Assembly (NCBI GenBank): GCA_964036045.1
Contig: OZ038378.1
Location: forward strand, 97,774,001-97,838,000
Direction of reading: 5' to 3'
DNA length: 64,000 nt
Source of the DNA: Eutreptiella sp. 'Long Island Sound 2002'
Taxonomy: Eukaryota; Protista; Euglenida
Made by a program: the position numbers and the translations under genes. How positions within the stretch are numbered: position 1 is the stretch's first letter; every line of letters starts with the position of its first letter. The notes beneath the pieces were generated by a model. It did not search any database and was not told the origin of the DNA. It was given only the letters and a program-made list of their open reading frames with translations. Shown here piece by piece: positions 1 through 12,800 of this stretch.

Positions 1-153
1 AGTGCCCGCAACACCCAGAGCTCCGTCTCCGAGCTCGCCACCGTCATGCCATGCAAGCAAGCTAGCCTGCATACCTCTGCCTCAAGTCCCCCGAACGTTG
101 GTGAGCGCCGTCACTCCTCTGCTATTTATGAGGTGGACCCTGATGCGGTCTGA
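1..153 (+). CDS. Possible 3' end of an unidentified coding exon entering from the left edge
   Basis: Frame 1 is open from base 1 to TGA at 151-153 (SARNTQSSVSELATVMP...SSAIYEVDPDAV*). No recognisable domain. Confidence 0.2.
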   Translation, partial: SARNTQSSVSELATVMPCKQASLHTSASSPPNVGERRHSSAIYEVDPDAV

Positions 154-2093
154 AGGTCGCAATCCCATTTGGCTCAGAGCGTTAGTGCCTCTTTGTGACG
201 GTGGTTCTCCCTCTTCCGCGGAATCACGACCTCTGTGTTGTGTTAGTCAGGGTACCGCCATATTGGATGTGCCGTGCCTCGAAATGAAAAGCTGTTTTGG
301 TACAATATCCTCTGCATCCATCTCCTCTAGCCCCTGTGGCACAGTTGCCGGGGGGGGGGGGGATGATGCATTGGGTCTCGTGCGCATGGGGCAGGGAGGA
401 GTGGGTTGACAATGTGGTGATCTTTGTACGACTTATAGTGGCTGTGCTAGCCTCCAGAGGCGTGGTTTTTTGTGTGGTGCATGAATGTGTGATGAAAGCA
501 TGCGCTTGCAATGTGCGGGGACGGGGGTTCACACATGGTGATGGCCCCTTGGCACAGCGAGGGCAGGGGGGAGGCTAGTGCGCCTCACATAGCTATGAGT
601 GGGTCCTGTGCTAGACGTTACCCGCTGCATGGTGGCGAGGGCAGAACACGTGCTAGCTGAATTTCGTAGTCGCTTGCATGTGGTACAAGCAAGCGGGTTA
701 TGTGTACTGGGGTGTGGTTGTACTACCTACGGCGCTAACAGCATCACTCTGGGCGCGTGCATGGGCTTGCGGACGTCTGCGAACGGGTGCTCTAATACAC
801 GCCAATCCCTGATCAGCGGCGGAAAGATCCGGCGCAAAAGAGGTGCCTACACTTCCCCCTTTGGCTGGTTTTAGGTGGCCGGAGGCTAGAGCTATCCCTG
901 TGTGTAAATTCCCCTGCAAGGCCCTTTGCAGCCTACGTGCCTCGACTTCTGAGGCTGTTTTGCGTGGTCGGCACTCATAGGGGCACGTAGGGTGCGTTAT
1001 GTGGAAACCTACTTTGAGGGACCATGTGTGCTTGCAGTACTCTGCGAGCTGGCGGACTTGTGAAAGCATGGCTGCGCGGCATGCAAAGTACGGGCACCGA
1101 TTGACCCAGCAAATGGCCCGACCACCCAGAGGGTTCAAAGAGCACTGATTTACCAAGTGCGCACGATGCAGGTGTCCTTTGGTCACCAGGCTGTGTGGTT
1201 GTCATCGTGAGTGTCAATACCCTACCCCTTTCTTGTAGCGATAGGGTGACACCCGCCGGGGGGACGTAGCAACGGGCCATACGCCGACTCCCTCCCACTT
1301 TCCAGCCAATCTCAGGGTGGGGGGGGGGGGGGGGGGGGGCTCGGTCTTGGGGGGGGGAGGGGGCCGTCTGAAGGGGAGCGGGCCGGCCGGACCCCAACAT
1401 ATATGGATTAAAATGACCCCCTCATCGCGGTAGACATTTTTGCGGTAGGTATGTTGGCAAAAAAAAATTGCAACAGGGGGGGGGGGGGGGCATGGTAGGT
1501 GGTACTTGTGTTTAAGGGCACAGCACCCCCGAGTCAATTCCCGGCCACTGTTGCCAGTGGCGCCCCACCCAGGCCGAACCATGCATGTTGTGAAGAAGGA
1601 GTTGATATATGTTTCGAAACCCTTCGGAGGAGAGGGGGGGAAGGGTTTGCAAGGCGCGCAATACATTTTTTTAAAAAAAAGTTCTCTCCGCGCACTACCT
1701 GCCCACAACGTGTGCACGTACTATGCCCGCACACCGGTTGTACATTGTGTGCACCAACGCGCCGCGTGCCCGTCATGGGGTTCTCCTCCTTGGGGCCTCA
1801 AAACATGGGTGATTGGACTGGTGGAGTTGAGGAAGGTGATGGAAGGGGCGCTAAGAGCGCTTATCCACCGGACGATCAAAGTAGTCCTCGTCGTCACTAG
1901 ACGAATCGGTTGCTTCCCGGGTTCTCTTCTTGTTGGCCTCGAGAAGTGCGTCAAGGCGCTTCTTGTCTCTTGCCCGCTTCCCGGTGGACTTCAATGGGCG
2001 TGTCCGACAATCCCCCTCTGTAGTGGCCTCCGATTCAGAGGGTGGCAAGGGTGGAGTATGAGATGTCGTTGGTGGCATCGGGGGAGTTGCAGT

Positions 2094-2158
2094 GGAGGAG
2101 GAGGAGGAGGACGACGACAAGGACGAGGACGAGGAGGAGGAGGAGCTGTTGTTGTTGG
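2094..2158 (+). repeat. (GAG/GAC)n then (GTT)n trinucleotide tract
   Basis: gaggaggaggag...gacgacgac...gaggaggaggag ctgttgttgttg seen directly. It explains the poly-E, poly-S and poly-R ORFs here. Confidence 0.9.
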
Positions 2159-2171
2159 CTGTGGCAAAGGG

Positions 2172-2450
2172 GGCCCACAAGTGGGCGGAAATGCTACATC
2201 ACCCCTGCATTCTCGGTGATCCCCAAAGAACGGGGGACAAAATCACAATCGGATGCCTAACCCCTGCCTTTTGGGAGGCCCACAAGTGGGCGGAAATGCT
2301 ACATCACCCCTGCATTCTCGGGGATCCCCAAAGAAAGGGGGACAAAATCAGAATTGGATGCCTAACCCCTGCCTTTTGGGAGGCCCACAAGTGGGCGGAA
2401 ATGCTACATCACCCCTGCATTCTCGGGGATCCCCAACAAAGGGGACAAAG
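2172..2450 (+). repeat. 105-bp minisatellite, ~2.6 copies, with hairpin core GCCCACAAGTGGGC
   Basis: ggcccacaagtgggcggaaatgctacatcacccctgcattctc starts at 2172, 2277 and 2382, followed by an A-rich tract. Confidence 0.9.
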
Positions 2451-2537
2451 TCAAAGCAAAAAAAAGGCAAAAAAACAAAACAAAAAAAAAAAGCTGTCCC
2501 ATGGTGTCCCTGATCCTACCTACAGCCCTGCAGATTA

Positions 2538-2605
2538 CCCCCACTAGGGTTTGAACCCAGGACCTCCAATTGCAGAGGCACTGCTTTACCACTAGGGTAT
2601 GGCCC
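2538..2605 (-). pseudogene. Degenerate tRNA-like sequence or SINE head
   Basis: Minus strand reads GGGCCATACCCTAGTGGTAAAGC...CTGGGTTCAAACCCTAG, with an A-box-like motif, a B box and an intact T-arm. Acceptor and anticodon stems do not pair. A T-run follows ~45 bp downstream. Confidence 0.55.
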
Positions 2606-3249
2606 AAATCTGACATACCTCTGCATAGGGGTGGTATTCATATTTTGTCCAATTTGGTTTTCATCCACTATTGGGTTCTTCTCCAAAAACTGAGCATGTT
2701 GAGTATAGACACATGGGGTGGAAACCCATTTTTTCACCCTGTACTAAGTCAAGCAAAATTTCCTTAGGGCGCCTTCGGCACCCATGGTCCAGCACTTTAC
2801 AGCCAATTTCCAGGGGGGGGGGGAGTCGGCGTAAAGGGTCCGGTGCCGGCGTCCCCCCCGTGGTGACACCTTCAAATTTTGGGGCATGGGGGACTGTGTG
2901 TTGTGTGTTTTCCTCAAAATCTAGGGCTAGTTTGAGAAAGGTTACTTTGCCTTGTTCTGCTGTCTAGGTGAGCTGTCAGGTGAGCGCCCTGAGTGATTGC
3001 AGCAAGTCTGCAGAAAAGGGCATCTCCCATGGCCACTCTTGCTTTTGGGGGGTGCGCAACAGCAGGGTACCCTGCTGCCCCGTGCGGCAGGGGGCATTTT
3101 AGCTGGTAGTAAGGAGCTTGCCTGAGCTGTTGTGAGAGCTGGTACCCTTCAAAAAGGGACGGGTTCTAGGCGTCCCGAAGATTCCTGGACTGGTGTATGC
3201 TTACATACTATGCAGCGCCTGCATGAAAGAGGGAGCCCTACCTAACTTG

Positions 3250-3641
3250 ATGCATTCATCGGACAACTGGCGCGCTGGTCCACAACGCCCCAAACATGGG
3301 AGCCATTGATGACCGGATGGGAGGTCGTCTATGTGTGTTGCCTCGTCTGCCACGCATTGTAATTGTGCCTCGTGTGTGGCACTCCAAGCAGTGCAGTGCT
3401 AAAATGCGTGTTCCTCATCTTCGGGGTCGTGATTGCAGAATGGACATATGGGCGACGTGCGCATGCCATTGTGGTATGCCCTTAGAGCAGTCCAGGTGGT
3501 CCCCAAGAGCAGACCTCTTAAAAGTGAGCGTTCAGTCACATTATCAAAATAGTTTACGCTCTGCAGCGACAACTGCCTGTAGGTGGCGTAATGCACTCCT
3601 ATGAAGAGCCGGGGTATGTGCTGCATTAGCGAGCCTAGCAA
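3250..3641 (-). mobile_element. Non-LTR retrotransposon (LINE) C-terminal zinc-finger fragment
   Basis: RSLLRGLLLGTTWT...SPICPFCNHDPEDEEHAF*HC matches the CxxC...ExxxHxFWxC motif found downstream of LINE RT. The W codon is TAG. Confidence 0.7.
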
Positions 3642-3704
3642 TTGCGAGCAACGTTGTTCACACCCCTTATTATTTGCCGTGGCCTTGTCCCCATACGGTA
3701 AAAG

Positions 3705-3995
3705 GGAGAAGGTCTCGTAGTTCAGCGGTCATGCACATGACGCCTGAACTAAAGGTGCTCGGTTCGAATCCCGGTGGGGGCCGAACGCAGTGTCCTAGGC
3801 GCTAGGGTGTCGGTGACCCCGCGAGCCGGAAGGGATGCTGCGCTCGGTTCGAACCCCGGTGGGGGAGGAACGCAGCGTCCTAGGCGCTAGGGTGTCGGTG
3901 ACCCCGCGAGCCGGAAGGGATGCTGCGAGGGACAGGTAGGGATCACTGATACGCTGGAGTTCGGAGATCGCCCGAGCAACTTACCTTTACCTTTA
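3705..3995 (+). mobile_element. tRNA-derived SINE with 15-bp TSD
   Basis: A box TAGTTCAGCGG (~3718), B box GGTTCGAATCCC (~3761) and 3' tail TTACCTTTACCTTTA. Flanked by the direct repeat CCCATACGGTAAAAG at 3690-3704 and 3996-4010. Internal 85-bp duplication. Confidence 0.85.
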
Positions 3996-4479
3996 CCCAT
4001 ACGGTAAAAGCGGATCGTCTCTACTCGGTATTTTACAGCTCCACTAGCAATGTGTGGCCGTCCACCCACATTCTTTTGCCATGTGCACAAAACGTGCAAA
4101 AGGCCCGTGCTCCTGTTAGTAACTAACAGTTTCCCCAATGGCCTTGCGGTGATTTGGTGGGCGCCGCGATTGCGGCATAACTGAGCCAGCCATAAGATGT
4201 GATGAGACTTTAGTGTGAGGACACTGGGGTGCCCTTTCTACAAAACAGTAAAAAAAAATTTCTTTGGCTCTGCCCGGTCGGGAGTGTTCCCAATGGTCTT
4301 CATACCCTTGGCTTCAAAAGGCAGTAGGTCCTTGGGTTGCAGCCAACAATCTCCGCTGCATGCAGCCATGTTGCCGTGATCATCATAGAGACCACCTCAA
4401 AGCGTTGTTCAAAATTTCCTTGCACACCGTGCACTCTGTCAAGCAACCCAGACACCCTGAGATTCGCTTGAGTATTTAT

Positions 4480-5560
4480 CCACAAGGGACAACGAATGCA
4501 GACAGCCCCACTATAGGAAGCTGCCTGGCAAAACCGTTACGAAAAATGGGTGTTCACACTGCCACCGGCGTGGATGGTTGGTGTGTTGCGAACTTACTCC
4601 TCCTCCTAGCGAAGCTACTTGACATGCTACCGCAGCTCCCGCACATCGTCGAACAGACCGGGCGCTAGCCTGACGTCCTTCCCTTATCCCTAACGGTGAG
4701 GGCATGTTGCCTAGGCAGCAAAGGCCTCTTTCATTTATCACAGATTAATCAGGTGTGGGCAGGACTCCGCTTGGAGGAATGCATGGGATCGCAGGGGCAA
4801 TGGATATATCCACATACTTTTGGTTTCCGGAAAAAAGGGGTGCCATGGACACGGCGGCCCTATTTTCCATGCATTGAGCTGCACAAGATTCAGCGCAAGC
4901 GACTGCATGGCTTTGGCCTGTATTACATCAAATGTTTTGATTTAATCCCACAGGCGATTGTAATGCACATCGCTCTAGAACAGGGCATGGACCCTTGCAC
5001 ACACAAAGCAATGTCTGGCATGTACAACACACTCACGCGCTATTTTGAAATTCTAGGATGCTGCGCAAGTTTTTTTGCAGCCACAAATGGCATCGTACAG
5101 GGGTGCCCACGGAGTGTCAGCTTAATAAACCTGATGAATAGTGTATGGAAGCTAGTGCTCGATGCACAGCCCCGCGGCATCACAGTCTTAGCCAATATGC
5201 CGCCGCCCAGCAACCAGCCGGCGTACGCTCTATAATTCATTTGGACCGCACTAGGATATGCGGATGATACCTATGGCTTTGCAACAGGGGGGTAACACTT
5301 TGACCCTGCTCCTTCCATGTACCAGGGAGTGGTTGGATGACACAGGGTAGGGCGTCAATGCCAAAAAATCAGTAGGCTTTTTGTCACATTAGCGTCACCC
5401 AGTGCAGGTAGAACTGCAAGGGGTGCCCTTCCCGGTGTCCACGGAATTTCGTTCACTGGGAGTAGGTGTCACGACCACGGACGCTACTTGTTCGGGTCCC
5501 TTGTCCCTAGTCATATTTCCGTGCAAAAAAATGCACATTTGGCTCTGGTGTGTGGGCATA
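4480..5560 (+). mobile_element. LINE reverse transcriptase pseudogene
   Basis: TATGVDGW...L, GFRKK, YIKCFDLIP, TNGIVQGCP.S and, after a frameshift, LGYADDTYG at ~5252-5278. Multiple stops and frameshifts. Confidence 0.85.
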
Positions 5561-6004
5561 CTTTCTCATGACCTAGTCCCATGAAGCATGCAAAATCTCG
5601 TCCTTCCGGCTGATGTTGGATTTTGGGAGTTGTGTGTCACGGTCCAAAAGCATGACCAAGGGGGGCTGGTATTCATTTTGGATCTTGGATCTTGGATTTT
5701 GCATTTGTGTGCCTCTTTGGGCTTGTCCAGCCAGGCACAATCCATTTTGGCTTTCCATTTGTTGAAACGGTTGTGTTCCTCCTGTCGTGCCTACTTCTTG
5801 TCCGGCAGGCAGAGTCTGTCGTACTCCGCCATGGGATCTACTAATGCCGGCATCGGCCCCTCCGGAGGGAGGGAGATGTGTGTGTGTGCCTGTGTCCGTG
5901 TGTGCATGCATGTTTGTGTGGGTGGATGATTCTTTTCATACTTAGAGGTTTCTTAACAAAAGCAAGAACAAAATCGGGTCCACTACAAAACACCCTGTTG
6001 CTCC

Positions 6005-6315
6005 TCAAGAATGGTAGTCATTTTTCATGTCATCAAGCCTCTTGATGATTTGAGCTATGCATGGACGCTTAGCAGGATGACCACTCCAGCAGTCCTGGAT
6101 GAGGTCGACCATCTTTGAAGGGGTGGTCTTTGCGTTGATGACCGGCCGTTGATTTTGCACTGTGAGGTCCATGACCACTGCAGTCCATTGGTCAATGGGC
6201 AGTGGCTGCCCATCTTCATCCAAAAGCTCCCTTGAAAAGGGGAAGGATTGATGTGTGAGTTCATAAAGCAGTGACCCATAACTCCAGATGTCGCACCGGT
6301 GATCGTAGCCGTCCC
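6005..6315 (-). CDS. Protein kinase, last exon (subdomains IX-XI)
   Basis: Acceptor gttgtcttag|GG, then DGYDHRCDIWSYGSLLYELTHQSFPF...LIQDCWSGHPAKRPCIAQII, stop TGA at 6007-6005. The C-lobe resembles TKL-type kinases. Confidence 0.9.
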
Positions 6316-6524
6316 CTAAGACAACAGAGGCATGGTGCACCACGGATCCCTGTCCCCACGCCCAAGCCCTCTCCAGCTGGCTGGTATAACATCGTTCCCA
6401 CCCCACTACATCCCCTGCCACTGACTGTCACTGTCCCAGCCAGTATCCCCGCAATATTGCTGACTGCCACCACCCCTGCACACCTCCATACCCCTGCTGC
6501 TCACTAATACCAGGTGGGGGGTAC

Positions 6525-6725
6525 CATATGGGGGGTCCCCAACGCTTTAGAGCGGGGGACAAAATCAGCAGTGGCCCACACATGGGTAGATTGGCAACAT
6601 CACGCCTGCCGTCTGGGGTCCCCAATGCTTTAGAGCGGGGGACAAAATCAGCACTGGCCCACAAGTGGCCGGGTTGGCTAGGTCACCCCTGCCGAATGGG
6701 GGGTCCCCAACGCTTCAAAGCAGGG
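6525..6725 (+). repeat. ~83-bp minisatellite of the same family as 2172-2450, followed by a phased A/T-tract array to ~7020
   Basis: ggggtccccaacgctttagagcgggggacaaaatcagcagtggcccac occurs ~2.4 times. Confidence 0.8.
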
Positions 6726-6887
6726 GAGAGTTTTTTGTGTGCTTTTTGGCGGAAATTGCGAATTTGTCTGCAAAAAAAAAAGGACCGCCACGTGTTTTTT
6801 GAAAGCAACTTGGCTTTTTTTTTTTGCCGTAATTTGCGTAACAAAAAAAGTGTAGGTCATGCAACGAAAAAAGCAGAAATCCTGTAA

Positions 6888-9800
6888 TTTTGTTCAAAAA
6901 AGCGTAAGTCACGTATTTTTTTCTAAAAGCGTAAATCGCGTGACTTTGTTTTTGGGCGTAGGTCGCGTCACAAAAAAGGATAAGTCGCCTAAAAAAAAAC
7001 GCGACTTGCGGTGGGGAAAAAAAAAGCAACTTACACCTGTCACACCATCACCTGCCCATACCCACACACCTCCGCCGCTAAGGGGCGCAGCACAGTGGGT
7101 GACGGGCAACACAGCACACAAACAGCGCCCTTACTTTGGGGCTTCCTCATCCAGACCATTGCTGAGCCTTTCAAGAGCCCTGTTTGTGCCCAATGCGGCA
7201 AAATGGCTTGACAAACTGGCGCCGGACACGTTCAATGACTATTTTGTATGGTCATCCGTTGCGGTCACTTGCGGTGAGATTTTCGACCTCCCATGCACAG
7301 TGTATGCAATGCGACTGGGATACCAGTGATACATCCTCTACACTACACCCCTCTCCGCACCACACTACTCTACAAAGATGGCTCCCTGATGAGGCTTATG
7401 AGCTTCCCTTGCCGCACAGGTCCCAAACAGGGCAAAACAGGCTGGGAATGGGCTAATGCCACGTTGGAGCATCCCAAATGGTCAATGGCCAATGGGATCA
7501 CTGTCCGAAAACCATAGTTTGTGCAGTAAAATATTGTTGCCTACGCCCCTCACACCCATAACCCATACCTTTCCATTTCCAAGGTTTGCCGGAAAGGCAT
7601 CACAAGGGGGGCAGGGGGTACGGAAGGATGTCTTTGCGAAAACACCCGGAAAAAAAATCTTAAATTTAGGGCAGACAGACCCCCCACCTTTTTCAGCCCT
7701 ATGTCTAGGGGCTTTCTTCAGGGGGGGGGGGGTCTTTCTGCCGGGGAGGGGGAGGGTCAACCAGGCTGTTTTGATGCGCACAGAGGCCCCTTTTCACGAA
7801 ATTGGGTTTTTGATCGGATGTTGTAGCTCTCAGGCGCAATGTTTTGTGCCCTCCCTAGTTTGGACGCAGAGAATTAATAATGACAACTTTTAGAGCTGGT
7901 TGACTGTGTGCGCGCATAATAGAGGTAGCAGAGATTGTACATACGCACATGCACATTCATACATGTGCAGATGCCAGGATGTACAAATATACATTGGTAC
8001 TTGAGATGGCGGTGAGGGTGTGCGATGAGTCAGGTTAGCACCTTTTACTTGTTTTTCTGCCTGCCGTCTGCATACTGCTTGCAGCAATAATAGTGCATTG
8101 TAAACAGTGCCGGGACCAGAGTACCAACACATCTTCACTTCAAACGCAGTTGGGGGGATTTGCCTATTCCGACGTGTTGCATACAAATATACAAGAGATC
8201 GGGCTCTACGGTATGATGTGTTGGATAATTTCAGCAAAAGCCCCACCGACAGCCCCCCCCTCCCCCCCGGGTCTGCAACATACTTTGTGTTGAACTCAGC
8301 ACATACAAAATGAGGGTGCTGAGCTACCATCCGTGTGATTCCAAAAATGCTACTGGGGTTCATTAGATGCTCTAACAAGCGGTTTTAGCCCCCCCTCCCA
8401 TGGGGATCTCCCCCATAGGTGATGGCCTTGGCGGGACGCGAACCCTTGAACAAGTACCTGACAACATCTCTGGTGCAATGTACCCTGGAGTGCCACACAT
8501 TCCCGTCACAACGCAGCCCGTTTTGTTCAAAAAAGCGTAAGTCACGTATTTTTTTCTAAAAGCGTAAATCGCGTGACTTTGTTTTTGGGCGTAGGTCGCG
8601 TCACAAAAAAGGATAAGTCGCCTAAAAAAAAACGCGACTTGCGGTGGAAAAAAAAAAGCAACTTACACCTGTCACACCATCACCTGCCCATACCCACACA
8701 CCTCCGCCGCTAAGGGGTGCAGCACAGTGGGTGACGGGCAACACAGCACACAAACAGCGCCCTTACTTTGGGGCTTCCTCATCCAGACCATTGCTGAGCC
8801 TTTCAAGAGCCCGGTTTGTGCCCAATGCGGCAAAATGGCTTGACAAACTGGCGCCGGACACGTTCAATGACTATTTTGTATGGTCATCCGTTGCGGTCAC
8901 TTGCGGTGAGATTTTCGACCTCCCATGCACAGTGTATGCAATGCGACTGGGATACCAGTGATACATCCTCTACACTACACCCCTCTCCGCACCACACTAC
9001 TCTACAAAGATGGCTCCCTGATGAGGCTTATGAGCTTCCCTTGCCGCACAGGTCCCAAACAGGGCAAAACAGGCTCAGAATGGGCTAATGCCACGTTGGA
9101 GCATCCCAAATGGTCAATGGCCAATGGGATCACTGTCCGAAAACCACAGTTTGTGCAGTAAAATATTGTTGCCTACGCCCCTCACACCCATAACCCATAC
9201 CTTTCCATTTCCAAGGTTTGCCGGAAAGGCATCACAAGGGGGGCAGGGGGTACGGAGGGATGTCTTTGCGAAAACACCCGGAAAAAAAATATCTTAAATT
9301 TAGGGCAGACAGACCCCCCCACCTTTTTCAGCCCTATGTCTAGGGGCTTTCTTCAGGGGGGGGGGGTCTTTCTGCCGGGGAGGGGGAGGGTCAACCAGGC
9401 TGTTTTGATGCGCACAGAGGCCCCTTTTCACGAAATTGGGTTTTTGATCGGATGTTGTAGCTCTCAGGCGCAATGTTTTGTGCCCTCCCTAGTTTGGACG
9501 CAGAGAATTAATAATGACAACTTTTAGAGCTGGTTGACTGTGTGCGCGCATAATAGAGGTAGCAGAGATTGTACATACGCACATGCACATTCATACATGT
9601 GCAGATGCCAGGATGTACAAATATACATTGGTACTTGAGATGGCGGTGAGGGTGTGCGATGAGTCAGGTTAGCACCTTTTACTTGTTTTTCTGCCTGCCG
9701 TCTGCATACTGCTTGCAGCAATAATAGTGCATTGTAAACAGTGCCGGGACCAGAGCACCAACACATCTTCACTTCAAACGCAGTTGGGGGGATTTGCCTA

Positions 9801-12800
9801 TTCCGACGTGTTGCATACAAATATACAAGAGATCGGGCTCTACGGTATGATGTGTTGGATAATTTCAGCAAAAGCCCCACCGACATCCCCCCCCTCCCCC
9901 CCGGGTCTGCAACATACTTTGTGTTGAACTCAGCACATACAAAATGAGGGTGCTGAGCTACCATCCGTGTGATTCCAAAAATGCTACTGGGGTTCATTAG
10001 ATGCTCTAACAAGCGGTTTTAGCCCCCCCTCCCATGGGGATCTCCCCCATAGGTGATGGCCTTGGCGGGACGCGAACCCTTGAACAAGTACCTGACAACA
10101 TCTCTGGTGCAATGTACCCTGGAGTGCCACACATTCCCGTCACAACGCAGCCCGTTTTGTTCAAAAAAGCGTAAGTCACGTATTTTTTTCTAAAAGCGTA
10201 AATCGCGTGACTTTGTTTTTGGGCGTAGGTCGCGTCACAAAAAAGGATAAGTCGCCTAAAAAAAAACGCGACTTGTGGTGGAAAAAAAAAAGCAACTTAC
10301 ACCTGTCACACCATCACCTGCCCATACCCACACACCTCCGCCGCTAAGGGGTGCAGCACAGTGGGTGACGGGCAACACAGCACACAAACAGCGCCCTTAC
10401 TTTGGGGCTTCCTCATCCAGACCATTGCTGAGCCTTTCAAGAGCCCTGTTTGTGCCCAATGCGGCAAAATGGCTTGACAAACTGGCGCCGGACACGTTCA
10501 ATGACTGTTTTGTATGGTCATCCGTTGCGGTCACTTGCGGTGAGATTTTCGACCTCCCATGCACAGTGTATGCAATGCGACTGGGATACCAGTGATACAT
10601 CCTCTACACTACACCCCTCTCCGCACCACACTACTCTACAAAGATGGCTCCCTGATGAGGCTTATGAGCTTCCCTTGCCGCACAGGTCCCAAACAGGGCA
10701 AAACAGGCTCGGAATGGGCTAATGCCACGTTGGAGCATCCCAAATGGTCAATGGCCAATGGGATCACTGTCCGAAAACCACAGTTTGTGCAGTAAAATAT
10801 TGTTGCCTACGCCCCTCACACCCATAACCCATACCTTTCCATTTCCAAGGTTTGCCGGAAAGGCATCACAAGGGGGGCAGGGGGTACGGAGGGATGTCTT
10901 TGCGAAAACACCCGGAAAAAAATATCTTAAATTTAGGGCAGACAGACCCCCCCACCTTTTTCAGCCCTATGTCTAGGGGCTTTCTTCAGGGGAGGGGGGG
11001 GGGTCTTTCTGCCGGGGAGGGGGAGGGTCAACCAGGCTGTTTTGATGCGCACAGAGGCCCCTTTTCACGAAATTGGGTTTTTGATCGGATGTTGTAGCTC
11101 TCAGGCGCAATGTTTTGTGCCCTCCCTAGTTTGGACGCAGAGAATTAATAATGACAACTTTTAGAGCTGGTTGACTGTGTACGCGCATAATAGAGGTAGC
11201 AGAGATTGTACATACGCACATGCACATTCATACATGTGCAGATGCCAGGATGTACAAATATACATTGGTACTTGAGATGGCGGTGAGGGTGTGCGATGAG
11301 TCAGGTTAGCACCTTTTACTTGTTTTTCTGCCTGCCGTCTGCATACTGCTTGCAGCAATAATAGTGCATTGTAAACAGTGCCGGGACCAGAGTACCAACA
11401 CATCTTCACTTCAAACGCAGTTGGGGGGATTTGCCTATTCCGACGTGTTGCATACAAATATACAAGAGATAGGGCTCTACGGTATGATGTGTTGGATAAT
11501 TTCAGCAAAAGCCCCACCGACAGCCCCCCCCTCCCCCCCGGGTCTGCAACATACTTTGTGTTGAACTCAGCACATACAAAATGAGGGTGCTGAGCTACCA
11601 TCCGTGTGATTCCAAAAATGCTACTGGGGTTCATTAGATGCTCTAACAAGCGGTTTTAGCCCCCCCTCCCATGGGGATCTCCCCCATAGGTGATGGCCTT
11701 GGCGGGACGCGAACCCTTGAACAAGTACCTGACAACATCTCTGGTGCAATGTACCCTGGAGTGCCACACATTCCCGTCACAACGCAGCCCGTTTTGTTCA
11801 AAAAAGCGTAAGTCACGTATTTTTTTCTAAAAGCGTAAATCGCGTGACTTTGTTTTTGGGCGTAGGTCGCGTCACAAAAAAGGATAAGTCGCCTAAAAAA
11901 AAACGCGACTTGTGGTGGAAAAAAAAAAAGCAACTTACACCTGTCACACCATCACCTGCCCATACCCACACACCTCCGCCGCTAAGGGGTGCAGCACAGT
12001 GGGTGACGGGCAACACAGCACACAAACAGCGCCCTTACTTTGGGGCTTCCTCATCCAGACCATTGCTGAGCCTTTCAAGAGCCCTGTTTGTGCCCAATGC
12101 GGCAAAATGGCTTGACAAACTGGCGCCGGACACGTTCAATGACTGTTTTGTATGGTCATCCGTTGCGGTCACTTGCGGTGAGATTTTCGACCTCCCATGC
12201 ACAGTGTATGCAATGCGACTGGGATACCAGTGATACATCCTCTACACTACACCCCTCTCCGCACCACACTACTCTACAAAGATGGCTCCCTGATGAGGCT
12301 TATGAGCTTCCCTTGCCGCACAGGTCCCAAACAGGTCAAAACAGGCTCGGAATGGGCTAATGCCACGTTGGAGCATCCCAAATGGTCAATGGCCAATGGG
12401 ATCACTGTCCGAAAACCACAGTTTGTGCAGTAAAATATTGTTGCCTACGCCCCTCACACCCATAACCCATACCTTTCCATTTCCAAGGTTTGCCGGAAAG
12501 GCATCACAAGGGGCAGGGGGTACGGAAGGATGTCTTTGCGAAAACACCCGGAAAAAAAAATCTTAAATTTAGGGCAGACAGACCCCCCCACCTTTTTCAG
12601 CCCTATGTCTAGGGGCTTTCTTCAGGGGGGGGGGGGGTCTTTCTGCCGGGGAGGGGGAGGGTCAACCAGGCTGTTTTGATGCGCACAGAGGCCCCTTTTC
12701 ACGAAATTGGGTTTTTGATCGGATGTTGTAGCTCTCAGGCGCAATGTTTTGTGCCCTCCCTAGTTTGGACGCAGAGAATTAATAATGACAACTTTTAGAG

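Noticed and set aside
1851-2547. Poly-S, poly-E and poly-R ORFs, and similar ORFs at 15137-15538, 24946-25451, 30560-31014 and 63611-63943
   Set aside because: They are products of simple-sequence tracts that lack stops in several frames.
3705-3790. Functional tRNA genes at 3711-3783 and 2538-2605
   Set aside because: Only the promoter boxes and T-arm are kept, and the cloverleaves do not close. The first is part of a TSD-flanked SINE.
3930-3985. 7SL/Alu-like 3' segment in the SINE
   Set aside because: The resemblance is limited to a few short words, too weak without an Infernal search.
7890-8378. 162-aa ORF repeated four times
   Set aside because: The repetition only reflects the young tandem array. 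It has no recognisable domain and lies in an intron.
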